NCBI GenBank assembly: GCA_037447605.1
Contig: CM074814.1
Location: 1,674,001-1,738,000 of the forward strand
DNA length: 64,000 nucleotides
Source of the DNA: Zygnema circumcarinatum SAG 698-1b
Lineage: Eukaryota; Plantae; Zygnematophyceae
Direction: 5' to 3'
In this document: positions 23,101 to 36,940 of the stretch, piece after piece
Numbering within the stretch: the first letter of the stretch is position 1
Layout of the letters: each line of letters starts with the position of its first letter
Notes under the pieces: generated by a model
The model's input: only the letters and a program-made list of their open reading frames with translations
Database searches by the model: none
What the model was told of the DNA's origin: nothing
Position numbers and translations under genes: made by a program

Positions 23101-24425
23101 TTCAAAGATAGTTCAAAGACAACAGTCTGGCGAGACAAAGGACAGCGATAATGCACGTATGAAATTTCAATCATTCAAAAAAGTAGTTGCAAACAGTCCA
23201 GAGTTTAGCCCAAAAGCAAACGATTTACGTGCATATTCCACATCATCTGAGAGGCGCCATATGATAGTGACATATTGCGGCTCTTTCTGATTATAAGAAA
23301 AATGACCTTATTTTGCGGTAACTCTGTTCGCCATACGAAGCCACTGACAACCCGCAAGGCAGCAAGCAGGTAAGAAGACGTACGAGCTAACCATGCCAAC
23401 GTAGGCGACTCCCACTGCCTGCATGGCTGATGGTAACAGAGGCAGCGCGTCCAGGGATCCGAGCACACTGTTGGCAATTATTGTACCAACCGCCGCAACA
23501 CCTGCACCGCATCGACCCCAACTTTGGCATGAATTGAATGGCATGAGGAAATCATTTGACAAGAGTACTGAAAACGAGGTTTCATCCAGTACTACGATAA
23601 CAACTTCATACACTATTACTCCCGACAAAGGCTACAATACACCCTCGGCTTCCACTAGTCATTCAAGCATCATGCCAAGCATCTTCGCACCCCATTCTAA
23701 TATCTCAGCAATAACCGAAGATCAGAAAGATAGCTCGTTTCTACAGCCAGTGGCTGAAGAGATGGCAAGCATGGTCTTAGGGGCTCTTGCAGAACTTCAA
23801 AAGCAGGAGACTCTCTTGAAAACCCACACAAATATTGCTACGCTATGCTAGTGATGGAAACCACCGTAGCTCTGCACCTGTGTACATGGCAGCAGTGCCG
23901 ACAGTCTCCAATGATGTACTTTCTACTGCCTGAGCTGCAGCTTTCACTGCGCTCCGTACTGATTGAGAGACAGGCTCCTCTTTAACCTCTTCACGTTCAA
24001 CTCGCCCTTGCCCCTGCTTCCACATCCCCTTAACCCCCTTCGAAATCTGTGAGGAAACCAAAGTGATTGCACAGGTGCCATGCTCGCCTCACGAGACGCA
24101 TCGCGTACAGAAATGCCCATCAAAATCTCGTGGCTTCGAGGATAGGAGCTGTATAGATCAAGAAAGAACTGACCCGAGCCTTGCCACTGCTCCTTCCGAC
24201 ATCCCTCTCAGACGGAGGCAGGCGCTTCTGCATCACTGTCTTTCCAGCCTGCCTCTCCTCCGCAAGCGCACAGACAGCCGTCCCGCGCCTTCCTACGCCG
24301 TCTCCCAGCACCACAAATTGCGGCTTCTGCGTGGGAGACGGCGCCAAAAACTCCCCTCCACCATATGCCAGAGAGCCATAGACGCTGCTGATGCCTCTCA
24401 CAGCTGCATCCATCGCCGCAGCCAT
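20109..24425 (-). CDS. Unknown coiled-coil protein with possible plastid transit peptide, multi-exon
   Basis: Start MAAAMDAAVRGISSVYGSLAY at 24425. Exons contain ALETVALALASERDQA, ALEAVALQLAQERDTA, AMELLAAELIQERDTA and RARAVRAQFVDITKPYTEQ. The last exon reads DEVDRLVAHLVDEYGAPNEWTVDYIRQFL...FHF* and ends at 20109. Confidence 0.65.
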
Positions 24426-25086
24426 GCGCTCCAGCTCCAAGCACACGGAGGAGAGAGCGAGAGAGAGAGAGAGCGAGAGAGAGAGATTGAGACAATTCGC
24501 TCCAAGATCAGGAAAAAGCGTCGCATGTCTTTGAGCACCGAAAAGATCTGCAGCCGTTGCAGGATGCCGAGCCTATCGTCGTCGTCACGTGGACGGTCTC
24601 GATGTGTCCGTACATCCGATCGGACGGTAGATTATGCCCCACGATCGGCGGCGGTGCAGGGTCGGGTCCGGTCGGCGCGACCAGAAATCAAAGCTTTCAA
24701 AATTTACGCCGCGCAAATTTCCCGAACTTTCGGCGGGCGAAAATAACTACATTTCTGGGGGCCTCACTTGCTCCTGCATGCTCGCCGTTGGGAGCGCCAT
24801 TCTCCACTTGAGCGTCTTGCACTGACAGTTTGCAGCGTATATGTGAAGGAGGGGGTATAGTTCGACACAAAAGGCATACCTCTCGTGTTTAATTATAAGA
24901 CGAAAAAATAGTGTATTACTGCCTCATTCTTTGCTGACGCGAGTCGTGGAGCATTTAAAGTTTGAATTTTGTGGCACAATACATTACATCCTGCAGCAAG
25001 AGTGCATATTTGCAGCGCATTTCAGAGCTTTTTCCTACGTGTTTTACAGTTTCCAGGAGGCCTCCCCGACAGGGGAGAGTTGAGCC

Positions 25087-26116
25087 ATGCCGCTGGCAGG
25101 GAGCAAGAGGGCAGCGCCAGAAGCGCCTGGCGAGCAGGAGGAGGAGACGATTCTAACCATGCGTTCTTCTTTTAGCGGAGAGGAAGCAGCATTTTCTGAC
25201 TTGGAATCATATGGCCAGCATGAATTGTTTTTCGATATTCCTGCACCTCCCTCCAGCCCTTGCGATCCATGCATCCAGCAGTTGGAAAAAGGTCTGAAGG
25301 AAGCTATTCGAAAGGACATTGCTGAAGGCAATGATGATGTTGGTAAAGTCTCCTTGCGTCCTTCAAGTTGAGGTGGTGGTCCGTCTTGAATTATCTGAAC
25401 TAGCCTATAGTTCCTTGATGATTCTCTTTCCTTGTTGCCTACCAGATATGTGCTTATTAACTTCATCGAGAAAGTTTCAAAGTAGAATTACAACTTCTCC
25501 AGGGATAGCTCGAGCCAGTTTGAGCACCTTGTCTGATCTTCTCTCCACTATTTTCGACCGGCACGACTTGCAGACGCTATTGAAGATGACTTGGTTGACG
25601 AGGATGTGGACGTGTTTGGAGAATCGGCCATGACTGCATCGTCAAATTTGGTCGCCAGCGTGCTTCCAGAGCCAGAAAACAGCGCAAGTAGCACCTTCAC
25701 GAAGGTGCCAATTGTCCTTGTAACCAACTGATGCATCTTGCCATTGCCTGGTCCGTACATTCCGGCCTTAGATGAGCGACAAAAATGTACAAGTCTTGTC
25801 GGCGATTCGACAGGCTCCTTTTAATAAGCTCACGTTCGAAAGAGAGGTCTCTGGAGCAGCGGTGTGCTGATGTTGTCTATTCCTGAACAATTTCTTCAAC
25901 CATTATCCAGACAGTATCTTGCAGAGATTTTTTTTGCAAATTGAGGATGAGCAAGGAAGTTGAGGAGCCATATTTGCGGACTACCAGTTTGCGTTAATGC
26001 AGCGATTTTGAGTTTGATTCATAATATATGAATGGATTGTCGTTGTTTTTCAGGCATCCCGATTAATGGAAAGTGACAAATCCGCTGGCGAATCGCTGAA
26101 GATGGCGGAACCATGA
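25087..26116 (+). CDS. Small acidic unknown protein, possibly pseudogenised
   Basis: Exon-like segments: 25087-25343 (ends G|gtaaag), ~25562-25704 ARLADAIEDDLVDEDV...TFTK|gt, and 26055-26116 ASRLMES...AEP*. The expected acceptor before exon 2 reads GG rather than AG. Confidence 0.35.
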
Positions 26117-27536
26117 ACACAGCTGCTTTGCGAGTAAAATATGCTTTGTTTCTGTGATTTGTAAGCTTTTATCAGTCCTGCCGGTAGTTGTTTTCTCTGG
26201 ATCGGTTGAACATTTGGTTGTCAGAAAGCTATGTAATCATTTGGACTTGCAATTTCAAACATAAACGATTGTGATTCTGGCGAAACCCCGCGCAATAAAA
26301 AGATTTCCACAAGTGACGATTCTTCAAACGTCTGCACAACGAGGTAGTGCAACGGATATCCTCCATGAAGACTCCGCTTGTCCCCATTGGTTTCCAACTT
26401 TACCTTAAATCTCTCGGTTGAACCTCTTCACCGAGCCTTGAAACTCACCGATAGGGTCAACACACTATTACTGTGTTGCCTTGGCCAGGCAGTTAACCTG
26501 TGATGTATCTCTGGCGATTGGAAATGCAAGGAAAGTTACTGAATAAGAGAAGGCAAGAATCATCTATATTTTTGTACTGAAGCCTGGTCTAAGCGATCCG
26601 TCCACTGTCTGAAAGTGATGATTATTGAATACAAAACGAGTTACGGAGAATCTGATTGTAGGGAGAGTTTGCATTTTAGGCGGCTACGTAGTAGTAGATT
26701 TCCGGCAGAGCGGGGGATTCTTCGTGCTTGGACTATTCATATCCAGAGTTTTTTCTTGTCTCATGTAAAGACTGCTCATCTTCGAGATTAATAATGTGCA
26801 TTAACAGCATCAGTTTGCATTAAACTGTCACTGGGGTTGTACATAAATCAGTTACGAAAAAGCACATTCAATTCGCTAAGTTATAAACACGAATTCACCG
26901 ACAGCTGAAGTTATGGTTTTGCCTATCTAAATTCTCAGAATTCATGTTCTCTCACAAAAGACTTTACTGTCGTCACCAATGTCCAACTTCAGTGCAGATG
27001 TCTCAATCTTCCGCATATAAGAGATAGGAAGTGTTAGGAGCAATACACTGTTACACTCAATCCAGAAGTGCCCGTCCAAGGAGCAGACACACCCCCCCCC
27101 CCCCCTCTTGGCAGACGGACTGCCAGACCACAAGAGTGCATTTGACCAAGAAACGCCGAGGAGCTCTACGGGGCCAGATAAGGCAGGCACATAGATAGCA
27201 GTATGTTTCAGTTACAGCGACATACGCTACCCCTGAAACTTCAACTATTTTAGGAAAGAAAAATGATTTGACAAAGTGACCGCAGTTTAACAGCACGTCA
27301 GCTCAAGCAGCATGGCCTGGGCAACCACCTAGCACACCTCCACCACTCCGGAGAAAATAATGCACAGTGAGAAGTAGTCTTCCGCCCCCTCCATAGTCCA
27401 AACGAGGGCACATTTGTTCACTCTCATCGAAGTGCTCATCTCAGTGGTCCAGAAAGCGAGCATTTGAGATAGAGGTACATTCCAATTATTTCTCCCACGT
27501 TACATCTCGCCGCTTTCTTCCAAATATTCTTCAAGC

Positions 27537-30500
27537 TTAGACTTTCTTCGGAACCTTGCTGTTAGGCTCGAAAACATACTTGATGAGGGATGACTTGATG
27601 TCTAGAAGGTCAGGGAACTCGTTTTTCAGCTTGGATGCATCCAGCTCATTGTTGCTCCGAGCCGCAACAATTACCTTGGCCTGAAAGTGGAAGCAACGAT
27701 TTGAAGAGATCAGAACTGGGCAGGGACTCTTAACCAATGCCCCACTCACATCAGAAAAGAGTTGACGGCTGCGATCACATTGCACGAGGAGATGAGGAGA
27801 AAGTCGTCTCTGAGAGCCTCACCTGTTCTTCCAATGTAAAATTCACCCACTTGAAGCTGGGGTCTATGTAATCTCTGTACAGTTCCAGCACTTCGTTATG
27901 ACTAATCACTCCTGGATTTGTGAAGTTCCAAATACCACGAAGATTTCTCTTGGCCATCTCCACAGAAATTGGAAGCAGCTCATCTAGAACGGTCATGGAG
28001 TTGGGAATATCGACCACCTGTAGAAAAGAAAACCAAATGCAGCAAGGATTTAGAGACGATACCTGATGTGCTAGCCCACATAGTCTGCAAAGCACGCATG
28101 AGTAGCTTTTTCTGAAACAGATTCATTTTTCCCTTGTTTTGGTGTGAAGGCTTTAGCACTGCTTCACCTTCTGATATCGTGAAATTTTGGTGACAAAATT
28201 GCGGGGGTTGTTCAGATCAGATGTAATGGGCATGCGAACCCGAAGAATGGCCACATTCTCGTACTGCTGCAATAGCTCCTCCACCTGCAAATTATAGACA
28301 ATACCATTAATAACTTCCACCTGAAACAAGTTTTTCTGGAAACCCCTGAACCTTGGCATGCTGTCATACTGAGAGTTCATTAATTACAACCACCTCACCA
28401 TTGCCTTTGTTCGAGAGTAGTATGAACCGAAAAAGTTTGGTGTATCCTCCTCCTTAAAACCAATACCGGAGTGCTCAGGATGAGCGGCATCATATTCGAA
28501 AATGCAGCCAGTTGCATAATTAATCAGAGTCAAATCATATTTCCTGCATTCACATACATACATTATTAGTGACAGACGGGCATGACCCACAAAATCAAGG
28601 AGAAAATGAGTTTAATATGGTTTTGCATGGTTACACTCCTTCAGAATGAACAAAAAAAATAAATAACTGAAGGAATTGCTTTAGGCGAATAGCGATGCGA
28701 CATGCGGAATCTAGTAGCGAATAACGACTTCACCTTGTGGCAGTACAGTAATCACGATACAGTTAGCATTATCTCCTGTCAGCGGTTTTGCTTTGAGTTT
28801 GCTACGCACTTCAAACTGCCTCATTTACGAGAGCAAACGAGGGGAAAAAAAACGAAAAAGGGTACTTGTGACAGTAATCAGGATCACTTCAACATTTACC
28901 TGGTCACGTCCGCCAGCGTGAGGACACCAACAACATTTGCTCGGATAGTCTCAATCTTGTGTGACTCACACCAGTCCACGTTCGGCCTACCAGTCACTCC
29001 AGCAGCATTAAACACGTGAGTGGGCTTCACAACAGCAATGTCAGCTTCGATGGATGCCCGGTCTTCCAGACGTCCTCCGCCATACTGATAAGCAATTCCA
29101 CGTTCTTCGCAAAGTTTCCCCAGCAAGCCTCCGATCCATCCTGTTCTGCCGTAAATCAAGAACTTCAGACCGCCAGAAGTAGTCTCCTCATTGGCCACAA
29201 CCTTCTCCAGTTCCTCAGGGAGCGATGCGGCTACTCCTGCAGTGCTGAAATTCAGAGTATTGTGAATGCGCGGATGAGGCACAAGAGCAGCAGTCACGTC
29301 TCCCCAATACTCCGTATGTGTTCGGTACCAATCAAGAGTCTTCTTCAATCCATCTTCCCATGAAGTACGCTCTTTCCATCCTATAGCAGTCAGTTTGGCA
29401 TCATCAAGATAATAACGCTGATCGTTGAACGGCCTATTCTCCACAAACTTGATCATTTTCTCAGGATCCAAACCAAGAAGTTTGCAAATATCTCCCGCCA
29501 CATCAATAACCCTGCGCTCCTTCTTGGTACCAATGTTGTAAACGTGTCCCACAGTTCCCTGCAGGAATAGCATAAAATAAAAAGACCAAGGGAGTTTAGT
29601 TTACTGAAGGCTAATGCGAGGTAACCTTCCGCCATCAATAAGGAAAATTTCTACCATCGGGCAGTCTGGTCAGAGACAGTCGTAACCACTATATCCGACT
29701 TCACACCTCACGAAAGCCAGTACAAGAGAAAAGGCAAGAAAACGACAATAAAATAATTGAACTAGACTTCCTCATAAAACAACATCTGCGACAAAAGATC
29801 GAAAACAAATATTCAGGATTGGATCTGTGGATTAAAAAGAGATGCAGGGATCCGTTACAAAGGAAAAAGCATGGCAGATATATTACCTTATGGAGGACAG
29901 TGTCAAAGGCCTCCGCGACGTCATCACAAAAGAGGTAACTCCGAACATTGGACCCATCGCCGTGGATAGGAAGGGGTTTGCCTTGCATAGCCAGCAGCAT
30001 GAACTTGGGAATCAGCTTCTCTGGAAACTGCTGTGGACCATACACATTATTGCCGCGGGTGGTGATGAATGGAATATGGTATGACTGCCCGTATGCCATG
30101 ACAAGCATCTCCGCTCCAGCTTTTGTGGCGGAATAGGGGTTAGTGGGCAGAAGCTGTGAAGCTTCATGATTGCCGACAATCGCATCTGCCTCCGTTTCAC
30201 CGTAAACTTCATCAGTGCTCACGTGAATGAAGCGCTTGATGGTTCCTGACACCTTGCAGGCTTCCAGAAGGACGTGAGTGCCGTAGATGTTGTTCTTGGT
30301 GAATTCGAAGCTGTTTCCAAAGGAATTGTCGACATGTGTCTGAGCTGCGAAGTGCATGATAGTGTCAATGCCCTCCGTCAAAAGCAGATAGTTCACCAGA
30401 TCTGCGCTTCCGATGTCTCCCTGCACGAACTTGAAGTTGGGAGACTTCATTGAGACCTGCAGGTTCAGCAGGCTTGAGCAGTAGTCCAGCTTGTCCAGCA

Positions 30501-30609
30501 CAACGATTTTGTAATGCGGATAGTTCCGCACAAGCCGGTTCGCCACATGGCCGGCGATAAAGCCCGCAGCGCCCGTGATGAGAATCGTTTTCGGGACGTA
30601 GTCAGCCAT
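27537..30609 (-). CDS. RHM1: Trifunctional UDP-glucose 4,6-dehydratase / UDP-4-keto-6-deoxyglucose 3,5-epimerase / 4-reductase (UDP-rhamnose synthase)
   Basis: MADYVPKTILITGAAGFIA...HFAAQTHVDNSFGNSFEF...TNPYSATKAGAE...TTRGNNVYGP. Second domain KFLIYGRTGWIGGLLGK...KPTHVFNAAGVTGRPNVDWCESHK. Ends SLIKYVFEPNSKVPKKV*. Confidence 0.97.
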
Positions 30610-30732
30610 GGCTGGACCCTCTCTCTCTCCCCTCCTGCCTCCTGCTCCGCCTCTGGCTGCACCAAATGACCCTGTCAAGAGAGGCAGCGGAAGTCAACAC
30701 CACACTCTCAAGGTACACTTGTCAAACGAAAA

Positions 30733-30786
30733 CCAATCACCAATTGCCACGTGTAAGCACTGTCTGACATGGCAGGTTCACATTGG
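30733..30786. promoter_or_regulatory. Inverted ERSE-type dyad ~125 bp upstream of the RHM ATG
   Basis: ccaat caccaattg ccacg (30733-30751); catgg caggttcac attgg (30768-30786, CpG-decayed half). Confidence 0.55.
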
Positions 30787-31413
30787 TCCGATTCTGCACA
30801 GGTGGAGTCCCTCCACTCCCGCATGCCTGCAGTTCCGCGGGCAGACAAAACACTTTTCTCGGGCAGCACTGGCACAGTTCACAGTTCCGCTGCAGGCTTT
30901 CAGCCAATGTCTACAGGCCACGTACTCAAGACAGCAGTTTTCATCTCATAAAACTCGCAGCTTTTTGGAGACGTTGCGAAACTGAACAAGCCGAGCCATG
31001 GAAGTCGACCCCAACCAAAAGAGAGGCGGTGCCGTCCGCCCGCCGTGTACATATCGTCGTACTGTACTGTACTTGTACTGTCCGTAGTGTCCGTACGATT
31101 CGTAATGCACAGAGTTATGGTACTGTATCTCGCTTCCCCCCCAGAGGATCCGGCCGGTAGTAGTCCGTCCGTCGATATCGACCGTCGATCTTGGCCGAAG
31201 CTAGATCGACGGCGGAGGATCCTTGCCTCGCTGGGCGCCATATGCGGAGTGCCGTTAGCGACTTGGGAGTTTGCGCCCGCCAGGGCCGTACGGCACGAAT
31301 GCCGTACAGTACTGTACCGTACTGAAACGTACGATACGCTGGACTTAGCGCTCCGTGCACACCCTGCCAATTGCGCACGTCAGACCGAAAATTGGTACTG
31401 ACCTCGAAAATCA

Positions 31414-31463
31414 CCAATGGCTATTCGCCACGTCATGACCATTGACGTGGCGTTCCCTATTGG
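31414..31463. promoter_or_regulatory. Inverted ERSE-type dyad
   Basis: ccaat ggctattcg ccacg (31414-31432); cgtgg cgttccct attgg (31446-31463, N8). Confidence 0.5.
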
Positions 31464-31916
31464 ACCGCCGTTGGGTCCTTTTTTTTCAGCTTATTTAGCT
31501 GGACGAAAGGAGAAAGAAATGAGTACCGTACCAAACCGTACGGCGAGGCATGCTGTAGCTTTCACACACTCATAGCCCCAAGCCATGCCATGCCATGCCA
31601 TGCCATGCCAGTCCAGACCTTGCTAAAAAGGCGCTACAATACTCCCCAAGTTCTCAAATGTGACTCGCTTGGCCTTCGTTACATAATGCAACCCTTGGAA
31701 CACAGACAGGTGTTTTCTTGCCTGCTATTGCTTGTGCCGCAGAAAGGGCGTCCGACTGGGGGAGACAAAAAGGTTCAGACCTACTTGTGACAGAGAGCAC
31801 GATAAAAAGGCAACTTCCACTGCTGCCCAGCGGAGCAGGAGTTGCAAACCAGGGTTGACGAATGCAGGCGCAATGCCTTTTAGCTTTACATCAAACTCAA
31901 CCGAATTGAGCAGCAC

Positions 31917-34900
31917 CTACGCGGTGCTGACTTCCTGTAAACCTATTTCAAACAAGACGAGCAAATCGTAGCCACGCCTCTTAAATAGCAGCAAAGCTTT
32001 CCTACTCTCCTTGTACAGCTCCCTTGCGAACAGATCGGAGTGCACCCGCAACCACCTACCACCTGCAGTAACCTGCAGGACTACCCTGCTCCTATCTTTC
32101 TTCATGACTTCCACTCCTCATCGAAGGGGAATCCCAACTCTAACAGTCGGCATATTCTCTGAAACTGTTGGTTGTTCCCTCTTGTTGGCTGCCGGGCCAT
32201 CACACGCTGCGCTTTGGCCCACTGCGCCAACTTGGCAGCGCCGCAATGGCGGCCAACATCACAGTGGCCATGCTCCTTCTGAAAGGCAGCAAGAGCATGA
32301 AAGCTTTCTTCCCACCGAGCCTCCTGCATGTCCAATACAACTCCCATTTCCAGCAGTCGACTCTGCACCACATTCCCCCTCTCAAGGTCAGGGCACCGTC
32401 TGATGGCAAGTTGAGGTCTTTCATGGTCCTGCTTTGAAGGTATTTGGGCTTGCAAGGAGTGGAAGATTGAAGGATAAATTAAAGTGTACGAGACTATGTA
32501 GGATAGCTAACAGCCAAGGCAGACATCAGCATCAACTTAAACCGTTTCAATGCCAAAAACATAGGGTTGTGGTTATCGTATTTCCCTTGTGTAGTAGCCC
32601 TGCGGCTCATTGGGATTCTATGTAAACTCCTATAACTTGAGCAGCTGTGTTTTGGCCCAGCAAGTGTTTGAAAAAGTGAAGGGTATGAAACGTGCTTTGC
32701 GGATGGGCGGTAATCGAGACTTGTAGAGGTCCATGCGCTGAAGCTGCAGCCATTGCCCCAAGGCCTCCCTCAGTGCCACGTGGCAGTGTCCATGTTCCTT
32801 CTTCCAGTTTGCCAGCTCAGCAAACCGTTTCTCCCATTGCTCCTCCTCTGCCAATGCCTGCCTCTGCCAATGAGAAGAATGCAAAAGTTGCTCAGCCAAG
32901 CAATGCTCAACCTCAAGAAAGCAATACGAAGAATGAATGGATCAGTTCATCAATTGAACAGCCGCTATCTTCCTTAGTAGCAGTCTCATCATAAAGAGAA
33001 AGGATTTGCATCTGCATATGTCAGCTCGGACTTCAACTATATAAGGAGCCAAAAGGGAATACCTTTGCCACAATGGCTGAAACCGCTTTTAGCCGCCTCT
33101 CAATCTCCTTCCGAGGCAGCTCCTGCATTTCACGAGCAGAGCAGCCAAGGAGCTTCAAACCCATACAAGATTGCAGATTTCAAATAGCAGTAAATGTCAC
33201 CAACTCGAACTCAAAAGCTATACTTCCTGTGGGAGTGACACTGCTCCACGAAACTACCGTTTCACAGTGGAAAGAGAGAACGATAGTGAGTGAGAGAGCG
33301 AGAGAGAAGGAGAGAGAGAGAGAGAGAGAAACTAGCCTGAGGCACATTGCAGTCCGCGTGGTGAGGGTCCCACGCCACAGCGCACGAACATTCCCAGTCA
33401 GGTCCTCCTCTTTCAGTAAGAGGGGCTCTGCCACACCACAAACACAATCAACATAACAGGGACCAATCAACTCCAACGATATCTTACTTCAAAAACGAAT
33501 TACCAAGATAGCTGTTATCACAACATGTCTTCGCATGCAGGAGTGCAGACAGAAGAGTGACAGGAAATTCCGTGCATACCTCCTCCATTTCCCACACTCC
33601 GTGGTTTTTCTGGCAACCTTTCCACTGGGCAGCATATCTCCAGCCTCATACAAAGCTCGAGTACATTGCAACCACTTCTCAGGGGTCCCCTCCGGCAGCG
33701 ATGTTGCAGGGAGCCACCCCACAGGCGACTCGTTCTGAAGCGCAAGAACAACACAAACTCAGAAAGAACACTTGAACAACGTACTTCAAATAGATGTAGC
33801 TACAGATGAATTCAAATCCCACTTACTTTCCACAGGTATGGATGGGACCTACATTAGCTATCCTTGCTTCTGCTTGTTGCCGCATTTGCTCCTTCACCTC
33901 TTCGCTGAGCTCCTCTTCGCTTCCAAAATGAGGACGTTCCCTGCGCATAAACATTCACAATCCAAATCACTTCGAAAGGCCACATAGAAAGCTCTAAAGT
34001 GTAGCTATGAATTGACATCCAACAGGAATGCAAAAGAAACACGGGACATGTCTTACTTATCAGGCTCATCATCATATGGCTCTCCTCTCCATTCCGGAAC
34101 ATCTGCTTGAAAATTTGGCCCCACACGCACTCTCCCTTGAAACGAGCAATTTCCTTGAAAAAGCCACTGCTCCTTCCCCCCTTGTGCTGATACAATGGGC
34201 CGGTTCCGCCATTTCATCCGCTCTCTACATTCATCTTGAAGCCTTTGTGTCTCTATGTTCTCCGTTCCAGAATCTGTTCTGTTTCCATCAGTGGGTACTA
34301 CAAATGCAGTGCCCTCTTCCTCTCTTTGTATCTCGCAGTCAGGGCAAAGCCACTCGTCCACTCGAGGGGGGGAATTGAGCTTAGGGGTCAAACAGCCCAT
34401 ATGGACAGCACAATCACACAAATCACAAAGGAGAGTAGAATTTGAGTTTTCCAGTTCTCCACATATATTACACTTTTGTGAGGCTTCCCCCCCGTCCCCA
34501 ACGGTCCCTAAAAAAGAAACTGCAGGTCTTGCAGTTTCAGCTCCGCCTTGACTCCTATCTTCAGAATTTGCATCCCACGATTGTAGCAGTTGCACAAGCA
34601 TTTCATCATTCTCGAATTCATCAGAATCATCCTCTCGATGCCCATTCTCATTCGTTATCGCTTCCAACTTATCATCCTCCGCCATGCTCTCATTGTCCTC
34701 CGCAATGGTCTCACCATCACTATGATCCCGCCCTCTTTTCCTCCCATGCATCCGCGATTTTGGATTTTCTTTCACGCAATTGCTTTCAGCAACATTTTGC
34801 TGATCATTTAGAGCCTCTCTACCGTCGTTTCTGCTTGGAGTGAGATCCCTCCCATCTTCAGCCGCTTTCCCGGATACCTTCGGAGTAGGATTTACATCAA

Positions 34901-36940
34901 TAATGGATGAGTCATGAATTGAACCTTGTGCATGTTGTGAGGGTGAAGGAGAGGGAGTCGATTGGTCGCACGTGCCCTTTCTGTCCTTACTGCAATGAAT
35001 GATACCCAAAGACCTATTGGCGGACCTCGTCAAGTATTTGACAGCCTTTGCTGGCCTGTTTTCTGCTCCATTTGAATTATCTGCAAACATGCAATTCCAA
35101 GCTGATGTGAAATTCATGCTGTGTCCATATGACTCGAAGAAAGCTGTGAAAGTTTCCCTGCATTGCATGCCCCAAGCATCTGCTGAACTAGAATGGGTCA
35201 GTCAAAGACTCATTCAATGTATGTCAAATTGCCCAATCGCAGGGCACACCACTAAACGACAAAAAGTTGATAGCAACTACAGCCACAATAGAAAGGCACC
35301 TGAAGGGAGTTCAGGGGACACTCGCATAGGTTCTGAAATTTCTTCAATAGTTTCGGACCGCTTTGGAGAATCTCCTCGCTGTGGTTGGAGATGCGAAGAA
35401 GTTGCCAAATCCTGACAAGGAGTCAAGAGAGAGATGGAGATTACTTGGGTTGAATAAGTTCACAAACATGGAACTCATGTATCGACTGCTGTTTTTTCAC
35501 TTAAGAATCAGTAAGCAGCAACTCATGCCCCTTAATGCTAACCAGCAGTCCCATTTTGACTGCTGGTTACAGAATAAGCAGAGGTGACACTGTTCATCTT
35601 CACTGGCTAAGTCCTTATAAACCCTAATAACGCTAAAAAACCGTGGAAAACCTCAGGACCTAGAACAATCGAGAATTATCAAACTCAAAATGTACCATTT
35701 TGGAAACTACAACGACCCGACGAACTTGGGCTTAAACCATAACTAGGTGTTCCAACGGTGAGGCATTAAAGCATGCAAAAAAGAAGAGTTGTGAAGAGTC
35801 ACTGACGCACAAGCAACAACACAAGTTGTCACCGACTGACAAAAAATAGAGACCTGATTCAAGACCTTCTTAGGCCTAGTGATTCGCGAAAACCCTAAAA
35901 CTGATAGCCGCCGCAGAGCCGTTGACATGTGATAAAATGAACGCAAACATGTCAGAACTATACTCTTTTCATATCACAAGTAGACTTGCCGCAGACCAAA
36001 CATTGGTGTCGGAAATGGAATAGAGATGGGGGCTATGCGAGCACAGCGGGATGAAAAATCTTTCCAACTTTCTTGGCCACGAGACATATACATGACAAGT
36101 AGCTGCTTACCTTGAGAAGCACAGCTTGCTGCTCATGTTTTTTTCGAGCATTGGGCCTGTTAAAGGGTACGCCACAACTTCGCAGCATCAGTGTGCGTCA
36201 ATTAAGTTAATTAAGCGCAGAAATCATTCTTAAAGACTGGTACACAAAGAAAATCGCATTAGAGAAGCCTGATTCTGCCGTGCTTAGAGGCTGTAAGCGA
36301 ATCAGCAAACGGTTTGGTATGAAGAAATAAATGAAATGGCAAAAGATCACACCATTCCCTGTTGATTTTGCTAGTTGGGGTCATTAAACACATTCGCACG
36401 TGGAGATTTTTGCCATTGACAACGGGTAGATAGCCGCACTTTGAATGCAATCCAATCGCGCTAAGCACAAATTTAGTATCATCAAGACTTCTTTAGGAAT
36501 CCATGCATGAAATTCGATAAAACCGAAACATATCTCCTATTAAACCGAAAATTGAATAGTAGCATGACAAACAATTGAACCACGCACGCACACCTTCGCT
36601 CCTGTGAATGCATGCTGAACGTGTAAATGGCTGTAGCAATGACAAAACTTTTGACCACGTGTGAAATGCAATCACTTTCAAGCCCATGCCCTTCGCTTTT
36701 CAATGGACTCGTGCTGCTCCAAGTATACAGATGATATGCAGCGCTGTACATCACTGCGTAGGGACAACTTCCTAAGTCTTTGTTGACCTTAACAGAGCAA
36801 AGGGATGACGAAAATTACCTCCGTTTGGACTCTCGAAAAGTTGTAGGTCCCAGCATGCTCTTCAGCTTTGCCTGCGCTCTCCGAGCAGACGGAGAGGGCC
36901 GCTTCGGCTTCGCTTGCGCCATGTTCTGCTCAGCAACCAT
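31917..36940 (-). CDS. PHD finger - ELM2 - Cys/Trp zinc-finger protein (At2g19260-like) followed by helicase-associated (HA, PF03457-like) repeats
   Basis: PHD: KCNICGELENSNSTLLCDLCDCAVHMGCLTPKL...WLCPDC. ELM2: RVRVGPNFQADVPEW. Cys/Trp finger: KWLQC...CGKWRRAPL...WECSCAVAWDPHHADCNVPQELP. HA repeats: QWEKRFAELANWKKEHGHCHV...LGQWLQLQR and RWEESFHALAAFQKEHGHCDV...LAQWAKAQR...RLLELGF. The 5' exons and the final stop (32102 or 31917) are uncertain. Confidence 0.75.

Noticed and set aside
26340-26570. snRNA or snoRNA (contains ACTTACCT, like the U1 5' end)
   Set aside because: The rest does not match U1. The motif is simply a minus-strand splice-donor-like aag|gtaagt.
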